A stretch of DNA of 63,923 nucleotides, filler included, from an uncultured bacterium (GTDB lineage Bacteria; CAZDME01; JAYEMH01): NCBI GenBank assembly GCA_964506785.1. It is 5 parts of 5 records of this genome, joined end to end, with 100 filler letters (N's around TTAATTAATTAA, not from the genome) between each part and the next. Parts side by side here need not be neighbours in the genome. Positions count along the whole stretch, not along the records: positions 1 to 15,908 come from CAZDME010000029.1; positions 16,009 to 31,570 come from CAZDME010000030.1; 3 more parts are not named here. The stretch is one strand, 5' to 3'. The notes under the pieces are model-generated. The model was given only the letters and a program-made list of their open reading frames with translations. It ran no database searches and was not told where the DNA came from. The position numbers were made by a program, and so were the translations under genes. Shown here one piece after another: positions 9,699 to 19,779 of this stretch. Each line of letters opens with the position of its first letter. Within the stretch, counting starts at the first letter, position 1.

Positions 9699-9730
9699 AA
9701 AAGAGCTCTAATAAAAAGAGCTCTTTTTTT
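9699..9730 (+). terminator. Intrinsic terminator
   Basis: AAAAGAGCTC/GAGCTCTTTT stem followed by a T run. Confidence 0.65.
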
Positions 9731-9838
9731 GTCAAAAGGAGGTTATTTATTTAGGGCAAAATGTTAGAAAAGACTTGCTAAAAATGCTATTTTTGATATA
9801 ATCGGTATAAATAAATGTAAAAGGGAGGTGAAGAGAAA

Positions 9839-10195
9839 ATGACGAAAAAAGATTGGGGAGCAACGGATATGGGTATGCAGGCAAATCTGGCGGCAATGTT
9901 AGCTTACCTCTTTGGAGTAATCAGCGGGCTGGTAATTTTTCTAATCGAAAAGAAGAATAAATATGTTCGTTTTCACGCCATGCAGTCTATTCTCTTATCG
10001 GTCGCTTTAGTGGCTATCTGGATTGTCTATTTCATTATTGCTTTGATCCCTGTGGTAGGTGTTTTAATCGCTATATTGGGACCACTCACTGGATTGGCCT
10101 CTTTGATTCTCTGGATAGTGCTTTTGATTAAAGCCTATCAGGGAGAAGAATTTAAACTGCCGATTATAGGGGATATTGCCGAAAAAAATGCCTAA
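9839..10195 (+). CDS. DUF4870 membrane protein
   Basis: Three TM helices; VRFHAMQS and KLPIIGDIAEK motifs. Confidence 0.85.
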   Translation: MTKKDWGATDMGMQANLAAMLAYLFGVISGLVIFLIEKKNKYVRFHAMQSILLSVALVAIWIVYFIIALIPVVGVLIAILGPLTGLASLILWIVLLIKAYQGEEFKLPIIGDIAEKNA

Positions 10196-10324
10196 TTTCA
10201 TTTCCCTGAACGGTTTCTATTGGGGGTTGGCAAAAAATATAACTTTAACAGGGGAGTCGTTATAAAAAACGCTTTATATCCCGAGGAAAGTAAAATCAGG
10301 GGGATGTTGGAGAGAAGTTTCTAA

Positions 10325-11569
10325 ATGTTAAGGACCCGGGGAAAGTTAGAGGAAATCGAAGAGCAAATCCTTGCTCCTTATGCGGTCTTAAGCAAAAATG
10401 CCAGACATCAATACCGGGAGCCGCCGCCTAAAAATAGAACTTATTTCCAGCGCGATTGGCACCGGATAACCCACTGTGAAGCCTACCGCCGCCTTGATTC
10501 CAAGACACAAGTCTTTCCTTTCGGAGAAGGGGACGATGCCTCCAGGGACCGCCTTTCTCACACTCTTGAAGTAGTTCAAATCGCTACCTCTTTAGCCTCG
10601 GTATTAGGGGCGAATGAAGACCTGGTCCGGGCGATTGCCCTGGCCCATGACCTGGGACATACTCCCTTTGGACACGTCGGGGAAAATATTCTCAATACCC
10701 TGTTAAAAAAATGGGGAGGTTTTGACCATAACCGCCAGAGCCTTAAGGTTATTACACAATTGGAAGTCCGTTATCCGCAGTTTCCCGGGCTTAATTTAAG
10801 CACCGAGGTCTTGGACGGAATTCAACGCCATTCAACCGAATACGACAAAAGCAGTACCCACCTTTTGTATTTCAAAAATTATCAAAAACCATCCCTGGAA
10901 GGGCAAATTGTTTCTTTAGCGGACATCATCGCCTTCCGCTCCCATGATTTAGAAGACGGCATTAATATGGGTATTTTAAAAGAGCCGAGAGAAAAAAGAG
11001 AGCTGGAAAGATTAACTCTTTTAAGGGAAATCAGCGCTGAAATCAACCCTATATTGAAAAAATTACGATATAAGGAGGATTACGACCGGGTGCAGAAAGC
11101 GCAGCAGGCCCGCTACCTGATTAATTTTTTGATAACCGATGTTTTAAATGAAACGCAGCGGAGAATCAAAAGATTTGAGGTGAACTCACCTCTGGCGGTG
11201 CGAAAGGCGCCTGAGGATATCGTTTCTTTCAGTAAAGGCATGGAGAAAAAACTCGACCAGCTAAAAAAATATTTAGAAAAAAATTTTTATCAAAATTTCA
11301 AAATACTCCAGATGACTAAAAAAGGCAAAGACATAATCGCAAGCCTGTTCGAAACTTATAATAAAAATCCGGAGATCTTGCCCGGCGGAATACAAATCGA
11401 AATAAAAAAACGCGGCCAGATGAAAAGAAAAAAAGAAGAAAAAGTTAGCCGCCGGGAAGAAACAAAAATAAGAAATATCGTAATTGCCGATTATATTGCC
11501 GGAATGACCGACCGCTACGCCATCGAGCAATATCAAAAAATATTCGAAATTGGAAAACCTGTCCTCTAG
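10325..11569 (+). CDS. dgt: Deoxyguanosinetriphosphate triphosphohydrolase (HD family)
   Basis: FQRD, RRL..KTQVF, RLSHTLEV, AHDLGHTPFGH.GE, DYIAGMTDRYA. Confidence 0.92.
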   Translation: MLRTRGKLEEIEEQILAPYAVLSKNARHQYREPPPKNRTYFQRDWHRITHCEAYRRLDSKTQVFPFGEGDDASRDRLSHTLEVVQIATSLASVLGANEDLVRAIALAHDLGHTPFGHVGENILNTLLKKWGGFDHNRQSLKVITQLEVRYPQFPGLNLSTEVLDGIQRHSTEYDKSSTHLLYFKNYQKPSLEGQIVSLADIIAFRSHDLEDGINMGILKEPREKRELERLTLLREISAEINPILKKLRYKEDYDRVQKAQQARYLINFLITDVLNETQRRIKRFEVNSPLAVRKAPEDIVSFSKGMEKKLDQLKKYLEKNFYQNFKILQMTKKGKDIIASLFETYNKNPEILPGGIQIEIKKRGQMKRKKEEKVSRREETKIRNIVIADYIAGMTDRYAIEQYQKIFEIGKPVL

Positions 11570-11576
11570 GAATTAA

Positions 11577-12596
11577 ATGATTTTTATAAAATTTTTAACT
11601 GCAGCGGCCATAATTTTTGTAGCCGGGTTTAAATTAACGAAATTCGCGGAAATCTTAGCAAAAAAATGGAGGGTGAGCCATCATGTAATGGGTTTCATCC
11701 TTCTTTCCTTGATAACCGCTTTGCCGGAATTATGCGCCAGTTCCACCGCCGCCTATATCGGCAATTCCGATTTGGCATTAGGAAACCTTTTCGGAAGCAA
11801 CGCCTTCAATATTTTTATAATCGTCATTCTCGATTTTTTAAATAAAGGCCGACCGATTGTTTTTCAGGTCGAACGGACACTCCTTTATACGGCACGATTG
11901 GGAATTATACTAACCCTTATCGCTATTGCAGGTATTGCCTTGAGCAACGGAGCGACGCCCATTTCTGCCCTTTTTGTCCGCCGATTAAATATTTTTCATA
12001 TCGGCCTCTTCAGTTTAATCCTTGTCATGCTATATATCTGGGGAAACAGGAAAATTGCCAATTTCAGCCAAAGGGAGAAAAATGTTTTTCCGGACATAAA
12101 AGATAAAAAGGATGAAGTAAAATTTGCCTTAGCAAAATTTCTAAGCTCGGCGGCAGTCATTATTGCTACCGGGATTTATATTTCAAAGCTGGCTGATCAA
12201 ATTTCTTTGTTTTCCTTTAAGGGGGCAATCCTCGGGGGGACTGTGGTGGGAACATTCCTTTTAGCCGTGGCGACATCTCTGCCGGAATTAGCCGTAGCCT
12301 CATCCGCAGTCAAAAAGGGATTTTACAGTATGGCCTTAGGGAATATTCTGGGGAGCAACCTGGTCAATATGCAAAGCATCTTTTGGGCGGATATCTTTTA
12401 CCGGCCGGATACAATCTTCAATGCGGCCAGCCCCCTTCATATATTCAGCGGCTTTTTGGTTATTCTCCTCACTTTAATCGTTGCCCTGGGAATTATGAAA
12501 CCTGTTCAAAAAAAGTTTCTAAAAATCAATCTGGTTACTTTAGCCATATTGATAACCTATCTTGGAGGGTTCTTTTTTATTTTTAAATATCGATAA
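11577..12596 (+). CDS. Sodium/calcium antiporter (CaCA family)
   Basis: Two alpha repeats T(A/S)LPEL ... GN..GSN. Confidence 0.9.
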   Translation: MIFIKFLTAAAIIFVAGFKLTKFAEILAKKWRVSHHVMGFILLSLITALPELCASSTAAYIGNSDLALGNLFGSNAFNIFIIVILDFLNKGRPIVFQVERTLLYTARLGIILTLIAIAGIALSNGATPISALFVRRLNIFHIGLFSLILVMLYIWGNRKIANFSQREKNVFPDIKDKKDEVKFALAKFLSSAAVIIATGIYISKLADQISLFSFKGAILGGTVVGTFLLAVATSLPELAVASSAVKKGFYSMALGNILGSNLVNMQSIFWADIFYRPDTIFNAASPLHIFSGFLVILLTLIVALGIMKPVQKKFLKINLVTLAILITYLGGFFFIFKYR

Positions 12597-12608
12597 AGGA
12601 GAGCAGAA

Positions 12609-13025
12609 ATGACCGCTTACTATCTTGCCTTACTAACAGCTTTACTCTGGGGAATTGTGCCTATTTTAGAAAAGGTCGGACTGCGGCAGGCACCGCCTTT
12701 AGCGGGATTAGCGGTTCGAAGCGCCGGGGTGATTTTAGGATTGCTATTTCTTTTAATTTTTTCTCCCCCCTGGCCGGAATTGGCTAAAATGCCGCCCAAG
12801 ACAATTGTGTGCCTTTTAAGCGCCGGGCTTTTAGCCAGTTTTATCGCGCAGATCGCTTTCTATCACGCTTTAAAAGTCGGCCAGGTTTCTATGGTAGTTC
12901 CTATCTCGGGCAGCTATCCTTTGATTGCTTTTATTCTGGGGATACTTATTCTCGGTGAAAAATTAACCCTGGCTAAAACATTTGGCGCCGCTTTTGTAAT
13001 TGCCGGGATTTTTCTTTTGAAGTAA
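12609..13025 (+). CDS. EamA/DMT family small transporter
   Basis: Four to five TM helices; ALLWG and LGEKLT motifs. Confidence 0.85.
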   Translation: MTAYYLALLTALLWGIVPILEKVGLRQAPPLAGLAVRSAGVILGLLFLLIFSPPWPELAKMPPKTIVCLLSAGLLASFIAQIAFYHALKVGQVSMVVPISGSYPLIAFILGILILGEKLTLAKTFGAAFVIAGIFLLK

Positions 13026-13071
13026 GTTGGCGCGGTTAAATCTTAAATACAGCTTTTTCTAATGGCCTAAA

Positions 13072-13998
13072 ATGAAAAATAAAGATAAAAAAATAGTCGC
13101 CAACGTACTGAATAAATGCCTGGGTTATAAAAAAGGCGAGTTAGTTTTAATCATTACCGACGATAAACTTCAAGAAATGGGGGAGTTGTTCTACCAGGGC
13201 GCCTTATCTTTAGGAATAGAAACCATCCTTTTAAAAATGAAGAGCCGTTTCATCCACGGAGAAGAACCTCCCCGGCTGATCGCCGAGGCTTTAAAGAAAA
13301 CCGATATCGCCCTTCTGGTTACCGAGAAATCGCTTTCTCATACCCAGGCCCGTCTTGTTGCCTCAAGAAAGTTTGGGGTGAGGATTGCCAGCCTCCCCGG
13401 AATTGATAGAAAAATATTTGCCCGAAGCTTACTAATCGATTATAATAAACTGAAGAAACAGTCACAGAAGCTGGCGGCAATCCTGACTAAAGGTAAATCG
13501 GTCCGGGTGGAAACAGATAAGGGAACAAAGGTTAATTTTTCCATTGCCGGAAGGCGAGGCCTAACCGATGACGGCCTTTATACCAAGAGGGGGGCTTTTG
13601 GCAACCTGCCGGCAGGTGAGGCCTGTATCGGGCCGATAGAAGGAACAACAAAAGGAAAACTTATAGTTGATGCCAGCTTTGCCGGATTTGGAAAAATAAA
13701 AAAACCGATTGAGATCGAAATAAAAAAAGGAAAGGCAGAAAAAATCAGTTTCGCGCCACTTCGGAATTTACTTAAACCTTTCGGGAGAAAAGCCTTGAAT
13801 ATTGCCGAGTTTGGCCTGGGTTTAAATCCCAAAGCAAAGGTTACCGGTAATGTCCTGGAAGACGAAAAATGTTTAAACACGGCGCATATTGCCCTGGGAA
13901 ATAATCGGTTTTTCGGCGGCAAGGTAGACGCTCCCTGTCATTTAGACGGCGTTTTCTATAATCCCAGGGTTTTTGTCGACGGAAAAAGAATTCTGTAG
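13072..13998 (+). CDS. Aminopeptidase (thermophilic metallopeptidase M29 family)
   Basis: EEPP, GNLPAGE, AEFGLGLN, EDEK, HIALG, HLD. Confidence 0.88.
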   Translation: MKNKDKKIVANVLNKCLGYKKGELVLIITDDKLQEMGELFYQGALSLGIETILLKMKSRFIHGEEPPRLIAEALKKTDIALLVTEKSLSHTQARLVASRKFGVRIASLPGIDRKIFARSLLIDYNKLKKQSQKLAAILTKGKSVRVETDKGTKVNFSIAGRRGLTDDGLYTKRGAFGNLPAGEACIGPIEGTTKGKLIVDASFAGFGKIKKPIEIEIKKGKAEKISFAPLRNLLKPFGRKALNIAEFGLGLNPKAKVTGNVLEDEKCLNTAHIALGNNRFFGGKVDAPCHLDGVFYNPRVFVDGKRIL

Positions 13999-14017
13999 CG
14001 GAAAGGAGGAAGAAATA

Positions 14018-14206
14018 ATGGCAAAAAAAACAAAAGCCAAAATTCTAATAATTTTGGGTATACTGGGGATTGCCTTTATTTGCACATGGGATATTATCAC
14101 CGGAAAGGCAGTTAACGATATTAGCGGGCCCAGATCAATAGCCGTTCTGGTTATTTCCGGTCTAATGCTAATTCTGGGCGTTATAAAGGCAAAAAGCAAA
14201 AATTAA
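14018..14206 (+). CDS. Small two-TM hypothetical protein
   Basis: AAGGAGG RBS before ATG 14018; two hydrophobic segments. Confidence 0.7.
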   Translation: MAKKTKAKILIILGILGIAFICTWDIITGKAVNDISGPRSIAVLVISGLMLILGVIKAKSKN

Positions 14207-14223
14207 AATAAAAGGGGGTAAAA

Positions 14224-14553
14224 TTGGAAAAAAAGATTTTAAGCGTAAGTCTGCTGGTTGTAATAATCTTGGGGATAACGCCAGCTATTTATGCGCAAGA
14301 CAGCGCCTTTAGCAAATTGGGCAGGGGAGCGGCAAATTCTTTGACCGGCTGGTTAGAAATTCCGAAAAATATTTATGAAATCAGCTCTACAGAAAATCCT
14401 CTCAAAGGAGTAAGCTGGGGATTAGTAAAAGGTTTGGGTTTGGGGGCCGCCCGGACGGCGATTGGACTTTATGAGGTGGTCACTTTCCCGTTTCCTCTTC
14501 CGGAAAATTATGAACCAATTATGACTCCTGAATACGTGCTTGGGCCAGAGTAA
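14224..14553 (+). CDS. Exosortase system-associated protein (TIGR04073-like)
   Basis: Signal peptide; KLGRG..N..TGWLEIPK, G.YEVVTFPFP, P...PEYV. Confidence 0.8.
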   Translation: MEKKILSVSLLVVIILGITPAIYAQDSAFSKLGRGAANSLTGWLEIPKNIYEISSTENPLKGVSWGLVKGLGLGAARTAIGLYEVVTFPFPLPENYEPIMTPEYVLGPE

Positions 14554-14570
14554 AATTTCGAGACTGACAT

Positions 14571-14948
14571 ATGTACTGGTTTGGAAAAATAGTCATAGCT
14601 CTTTTAGGGATTTGCTGGGTAGCCGCCGGTAGCATAAGCTTGTTTAACCCATGTGGGACGAAAAGATATCTGGTTCGCCTAAAAGGGGTAAATTTTCATA
14701 TACTGGCTTGGTTGCCCTTGATTTCAGGAATTTTCATTTATTTAAGCTCTTACTTGAGTTCTTTGGAATGGTTTTTAAAGGTTATTGGCATTCTGGGAAT
14801 TCTTAAAGGGCTTTTTTTATTGTTTGTTCAGGTGAAAACAACCCGAACCTTTTTAAATTGGTGGATAGAGTTGCCAGATGGTTTTTATCGAATCTATGGG
14901 GTTTTAGTGCTGGGTTTGGGAGGCCTGGTTATATATTCGGTGTTTTAA
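14571..14948 (+). CDS. Hypothetical membrane protein
   Basis: Four hydrophobic segments; operon position. Confidence 0.7.
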   Translation: MYWFGKIVIALLGICWVAAGSISLFNPCGTKRYLVRLKGVNFHILAWLPLISGIFIYLSSYLSSLEWFLKVIGILGILKGLFLLFVQVKTTRTFLNWWIELPDGFYRIYGVLVLGLGGLVIYSVF

Positions 14949-14958
14949 TCAACCGAGA

Positions 14959-14986
14959 ATGTCTGATAATATATCTTATGTTATCT
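14959..14986. other. dif-like XerC/XerD recombination site
   Basis: ATGTCTGATAA-TATATC-TTATGTTATCT: 11-6-11 layout with the ATAA/TTAT inner palindrome and a TTATGTTA XerD-like arm; intergenic. Confidence 0.6.
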
Positions 14987-15155
14987 TTTTGAAGCGAGCA
15001 AAATCTTTTTTCCTTCATTTCCGCTCTTTTCTTTCTTTCCTTTAATATACCACATTCCTAAAATTGAGTCAAGCTCTTTTTTTACTTTTTTTTATCCCCC
15101 TTTTTTATGCTAAACTTTTCCCCTGGTAGCCTAAAAGTCAGGGAAAGGAGTTGTT

Positions 15156-15776
15156 ATGTCAATTTATGACACCGAAAAGGTATATTTGCCGCAGGTTAAG
15201 CTATCTGAATGGCAAAAGCAGTTTCTATATGACTTCCTAAAAATCTTTAATCGGAAATATGCGGATTTTATAAGGGATATTTGTGATGCCATTTTAAAAT
15301 GGGATATTGAGAATAACCGGCCTACCTTTAATGAACATCTTAATAGGGCTTCTAAGCAAATTAGCCAAGAGTATATAAAAAGGGACTGCTTCTATTATAA
15401 AACTCAATGTAAAAAGACTTGTTTGCCCAGCCCTATTTATATTGCTTGCCGGGACTTACCTATTAAGAAAACCGGAAGGCTTCCCCAGGTTTCAGTATCA
15501 CAATGGCAAGCCGAAAATCTGTATAAGTTCTTAGCTACTTTTTCTAAATCCTATGCTGATTTTGTCCGAATGTTATGCGATAATTTATCTTTGAATATTA
15601 TTGAAGCTCAGGCAGAAGCAGTAGAATTTTCAAAGTCAAATAATAATATATTTAAAAATACCTTTGATAAAATTATCCATATGGAGAAATTAAGGAAAGA
15701 AACAGAAAAGCCGAATCAATGGCCAGCTAACTTTTGGACAAGGCGTTCCCTTATAAAGAAAAGTAAATCTACTTAA
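15156..15776 (+). CDS. Hypothetical protein with two internal repeat domains (possibly ribbon-helix-helix-like)
   Basis: LPQVKLSEWQKQFLYDFLKIFNRKYADFIRDICD and LPQVSVSQWQAENLYKFLATFSKSYADFVRMLCD; AAGGAG RBS. Confidence 0.7.
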   Translation: MSIYDTEKVYLPQVKLSEWQKQFLYDFLKIFNRKYADFIRDICDAILKWDIENNRPTFNEHLNRASKQISQEYIKRDCFYYKTQCKKTCLPSPIYIACRDLPIKKTGRLPQVSVSQWQAENLYKFLATFSKSYADFVRMLCDNLSLNIIEAQAEAVEFSKSNNNIFKNTFDKIIHMEKLRKETEKPNQWPANFWTRRSLIKKSKST

Positions 15777-15908
15777 TAGTAATATATTAATAGTAATATA
15801 GAAATAAGGTAATATCCTTATTTCTTTAAAGTGGCTTCGGATCATCTATATCAACCGAACTCCACGCATCTATCATATACTTCTTGATATACTTATAAGG
15901 AAGAAATC

Positions 15909-16008
15909 NNNNNNNNNNNNNNNNNNNNNNNNNNNNNNNNNNNNNNNNNNNNTTAATTAATTAANNNNNNNNNNNNNNNNNNNNNNNNNNNNNNNNNNNN
16001 NNNNNNNN
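15909..16008. other. Assembly gap / contig linker
   Basis: N run containing the TTAATTAATTAA six-frame stop linker. Confidence 0.99.
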
Positions 16009-16026
16009 AATCCGTATTCATCATCT

Positions 16027-18114
16027 CTAACTTTCCATCATAAGGGTCAGTATATGAATCCAGATTTTAGCCTCTATGGAAAAGGAGAGAGGCATTTCAG
16101 GGAATGCCTTTATCCAAAGCATTAACCAAAGTTCTGTTTCATCTCTTCTTTTTACATAACTAAATGAGGACATCCAGCAATGGAGATCCCGATATACGTT
16201 ATAGCGTTGTTCTTCAAATTTGTTGTCGCTAAAATCAAAACGCTCGTAGAGGTCTATTGTCCATTTTGGAGTAAGCTTCCACTTTAAGCCACCATAGATA
16301 TCCTCATTTGCTCCATCTTCATAGCGGTTACCCAAAGTAAAGCTCCAGATATCGTCTTTTCCATAGAGGCTAAAATCCGTATTCATCATCTCTAACTTTC
16401 CATCATAAGGGTCAGTATATGAATCCAGGCCAAAGCCTAACCAGTTTTTCGGCCTTAAGTCTAACTTGGCTCTAATATTTTTCCAGCGCTTCTCATCGCT
16501 GGGCTTTTTTAGATGGAATCCGCTTTCAATCTTAAAAGCAGCTAAATCAACACTTTGCATCCTGGCATCTACCATTCTTTTAGTCTGTAATTTGTTCTCT
16601 AATCCCAGATGAACGAAATTCAATTTATCAAGAGTATCTACATTATCAAATTGGATTAATTCGCTTGGTTCTGCCGTTGTGGTCCGATATTCGTATCTTA
16701 CTGTCGGGGTGATAAGGTGGCGTAAACGGTGGATATCGAGTTTTTCGCTTTCTACGTCAAAAATCCGGGAAATTCTGGTGTTGGCCTCAAAACCTGAATA
16801 AAACATACTGCGCCAGGCATCTTCTCCGTTTATATCTTTACTATACCAGGTTTCCCGCATTCCTAAATAGGGGTTTAAATTAAGCCAGTGGAATACCTTC
16901 ACCGGATAAGAGACCTGGTTATAAGTATCAACCCGGCTGGCTTCATCGGAACTACCGGAAACATCAGCTATTTTTTTATCCAGATAAGCGGCGTGATAAT
17001 GGCCTTTGTAATAAAAGGGCGTATCCCAGACTTTCTGATTGGGAAAATTAACTTGAATCTCCGGCAGGCGTTCGGTCACCGAGTAAAACTTATTAACTCT
17101 TTTTTTAGCCAGAATATTCCAATTCCAGCGGGGATAAACCCCGGTTAAAGAAAGGTATGTCTCTGGCTGAGACTTATTAACATAATCATCGTAAAAATAA
17201 TCCTTTCTAAAATTGATATCGCTCATGCGGTGCACTTCAAAGGTCCCCACGATATTTTCTTTCAATTGTTCGCGGTGAGAGATTTCGGCCCGCCAGCGGT
17301 CCTTTCTCGTTCCCGCCTCCTTATCTTTCTCCCTTATATAATACCCTTGCCAAAACCCCCGTCTTTCTTGGGAATGATATTTTAAATCCACCCCTTCCGC
17401 CCAGCCCTTTTTATCCCGCCAATCAGCATGCAGCGTCCCATAAATCACCTTGGTTAAATCAAAATTATAACCTCCCAAAACATAGGTTCCCCAGTCGGAA
17501 GAATGGCCGGGGATAATAGTCACCCGGGACCTTTTGTCTTCGAAGGACCGCCGGTAATACGGGAAATAACATATGGGGATTCTCCCGACGATAAAAAAGC
17601 AATGATGGGCAATAATTTCTTTTTTATCGAGATAAATGTCGATTCTTTTTGCCGTAATCCGGTAATGAGGTTTTTCTAAATCACAGGTGGTCATTGAACC
17701 CCGGTGGATATTGAGAGCATCCTTGCCTATTCTTTCAACCTCTTTTCCTTCAGCAAACCAGGGTTCGTGATAAGTCCGGGCATCAAGCAATTCCCCCTTG
17801 TTTTTTTTGAAATTGTATTTTATTTTTTCACCCCGGATGACATCTGTTTTCCCATAGAGGACAACATTACCTTCAGCCAGCAGTTCTTCCTTTTCTATCC
17901 AAAAAGTCACCTTTTCCGCTGTTAAACGGATATCGGCGCTTCTGATATCGACTTTTCCCCGGGCAACAGCCATTTTTCCATTCTCAAGGTACTCTACTTC
18001 ATCGGCGCTAAGGGTAACCGGAATTTCCTCTGCCCAAACCGGAGAAAAAATAAAAAAAGATAATAAGACGATTAAAAAGGGATACAGGGAAACCTGGCGT
18101 TTTACTGGGTTCAT
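16027..18114 (-). CDS. lptD: LPS-assembly protein LptD (C-terminal tail probably artefactual)
   Basis: Signal peptide, OstA-like N-domain, TTCD..PHY motif, beta-barrel with RDLHCW. Confidence 0.85.
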   Translation of the reverse strand: MNPVKRQVSLYPFLIVLLSFFIFSPVWAEEIPVTLSADEVEYLENGKMAVARGKVDIRSADIRLTAEKVTFWIEKEELLAEGNVVLYGKTDVIRGEKIKYNFKKNKGELLDARTYHEPWFAEGKEVERIGKDALNIHRGSMTTCDLEKPHYRITAKRIDIYLDKKEIIAHHCFFIVGRIPICYFPYYRRSFEDKRSRVTIIPGHSSDWGTYVLGGYNFDLTKVIYGTLHADWRDKKGWAEGVDLKYHSQERRGFWQGYYIREKDKEAGTRKDRWRAEISHREQLKENIVGTFEVHRMSDINFRKDYFYDDYVNKSQPETYLSLTGVYPRWNWNILAKKRVNKFYSVTERLPEIQVNFPNQKVWDTPFYYKGHYHAAYLDKKIADVSGSSDEASRVDTYNQVSYPVKVFHWLNLNPYLGMRETWYSKDINGEDAWRSMFYSGFEANTRISRIFDVESEKLDIHRLRHLITPTVRYEYRTTTAEPSELIQFDNVDTLDKLNFVHLGLENKLQTKRMVDARMQSVDLAAFKIESGFHLKKPSDEKRWKNIRAKLDLRPKNWLGFGLDSYTDPYDGKLEMMNTDFSLYGKDDIWSFTLGNRYEDGANEDIYGGLKWKLTPKWTIDLYERFDFSDNKFEEQRYNVYRDLHCWMSSFSYVKRRDETELWLMLWIKAFPEMPLSFSIEAKIWIHILTLMMES

Positions 18115-18239
18115 CTGGAACTTATACCCCGCTAATAGATTACTTATTTAAGCTATACATCGCTCATGGATAGAAAATAGCCTTCAAGTTTTTACTTGAA
18201 GGCTATTTTAACATCTCTCTCATTCTTTTGCAAGCAAAT

Positions 18240-18887
18240 TTATCGAGATTTCAGAGATTTCCAGTCTGATAGAAACCTTTCTATCCCTTTATCGGTCAGG
18301 GGATGTTTAACCAATAATTTAGCTATTTTGAAGGGTACGGTGGCAATATCGGCCCCGCAAAGCGCCGCTTCTAAAACGTGAACGGGGTGGCGGACGCTGG
18401 CGACGATTATCTCGGCAGAAAAGTTATAATTTAAAAAAATCTCTTTTATCTCTCTGACCAGGTCCATCCCTACCTGGCCGATATCATCAAGCCGGCCGAT
18501 AAAAGGGCTGACGTAACTTGCCCCGGCTTTAGCGGCGAGAAGCGCCTGGTTGGCAGAAAAGATTAAGGTTGTATTTGTCCTTATTTTCTTCCCCTTCAAA
18601 ATTTTTATTGCCTTAAGTCCCTCTATGGTTATGGGAATTTTAATCACGATATTTTTGTGAATCTTAGAAAGAGCCTCTGCCTCTTTAACCATCCCTTTAG
18701 CTTCCAGACTTATCACCTCGGCGCTAATCGGCCCGTCGACAATACCGGCAATCTCTTTAATGACCGCATAAAAATCCTTTCCTTCCCTGGAGACCAGGGT
18801 TGGATTGGTAGTGACTCCGTCGATTATTCCCCAGGAAGCCCCTTCTTTAATATCTTCGATGTTTGCCGTATCTAAAAATATTTTCAT
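18240..18887 (-). CDS. tal: Transaldolase (FSA/TalC type)
   Basis: [35 protein letters not shown]. Confidence 0.93.
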   Translation of the reverse strand: MKIFLDTANIEDIKEGASWGIIDGVTTNPTLVSREGKDFYAVIKEIAGIVDGPISAEVISLEAKGMVKEAEALSKIHKNIVIKIPITIEGLKAIKILKGKKIRTNTTLIFSANQALLAAKAGASYVSPFIGRLDDIGQVGMDLVREIKEIFLNYNFSAEIIVASVRHPVHVLEAALCGADIATVPFKIAKLLVKHPLTDKGIERFLSDWKSLKSR

Positions 18888-18907
18888 CTTATCCCCCCGT
18901 TTTTAAG

Positions 18908-19020
18908 TATCAAAGTGTCATCGCTCACTTCGTGAGCTCGTGTCAAAGCAACTCTGACATCGTGCCTGCCCGCCTACGTTTTGTGGCGGGACACTCTGAC
19001 ACTCTGACACTTTAACACTA
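18908..19020. repeat. Period-8 repeat cluster (TGACACTC / GTGTCAAA) with embedded small hairpins
   Basis: gtatcaaa gtgtca...gtgtcaaa, then ggacactc tgacactc tgacactt taacact. Confidence 0.6.
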
Positions 19021-19023
19021 ACC

Positions 19024-19779
19024 TCATCCCCACCGGACTGACACCTTATACCGGTGAAGTTGATTCATGATTTTATTGCTAAGTCTTCTGTTGGTAACAA
19101 TCGAATGAACTTCTGCCAGCGGACAAACTGAAGCAAAAGAAACCTGGCCAAAATGTTTCGCCGTGGCTAAAACAAAGGTTTTATCTGCCTTCTTAATCAT
19201 CATCGCCTTCATCTGGGCGCCTAAAAGGTCATCGGTGGTCAAGCCTTTGTCGAAATCAAGACTTACACCGTCAAGAAAAGCCTTATTGACATGAAGGCGG
19301 TTTAAAGTTACCTCTGTTAAGGGGCCCTGTAAAGTAAATTCAGGAAGTTTTAAATTCCCGCCGGTGAGAGATAGATTGATGTTGCCTCTGGCGGCAAGTT
19401 CCATGGCAATTTTCAATGAATTGGTTATCACCCCAACATTTAAATCATTTTTTAACAACCGGGCCAGGGATAAGGTTATGCTGCCGCCGTCCAGATAAAT
19501 ACTGTCTTTGGGTTTAATTAAGGAAAAAGCCAGTTTAGCAACCTTGGAAATTTCCCGGTAGCTTTCTTTACCTTCTTCTAAATCCGAATAAAATGAGGCT
19601 TCCCAGGGTATTGCTCCTCCGTGCGTGCGCCGGAGGCAATAAGCAGACTCCAAAAGTTTAAGGTCTCTCCTGATAGTGGAAGGAGAAACAGACAATTTTC
19701 TGCTTAAATCGGCAACACTTACCGATCTTTTCTGGCTTAGTATCTCTTTAATTGCCTCAGTTCTTTCTCCGGATAACAT
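19024..19779 (-). CDS. DeoR/GlpR family transcriptional regulator
   Basis: VSPSTIRRDL, RTHGGA, IYLDGG, ITNS. Confidence 0.92.
   Translation of the reverse strand: MLSGERTEAIKEILSQKRSVSVADLSRKLSVSPSTIRRDLKLLESAYCLRRTHGGAIPWEASFYSDLEEGKESYREISKVAKLAFSLIKPKDSIYLDGGSITLSLARLLKNDLNVGVITNSLKIAMELAARGNINLSLTGGNLKLPEFTLQGPLTEVTLNRLHVNKAFLDGVSLDFDKGLTTDDLLGAQMKAMMIKKADKTFVLATAKHFGQVSFASVCPLAEVHSIVTNRRLSNKIMNQLHRYKVSVRWG

Noticed and set aside
15953-15964. TTAATTAATTAA palindrome repeated four times within N runs
   Set aside because: Artificial six-frame stop linker joining contigs; adjacency across gaps carries no meaning
16009-16084. 55-bp direct duplication of 16374-16428 at the contig start, and a 22-bp match around 16063-16084 to the reverse-complement-related segment near 16356-16377, altering the LptD C-terminus
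   Set aside because: Sits at the contig edge and has k-mer-like length; best explained as an amplification or assembly chimera
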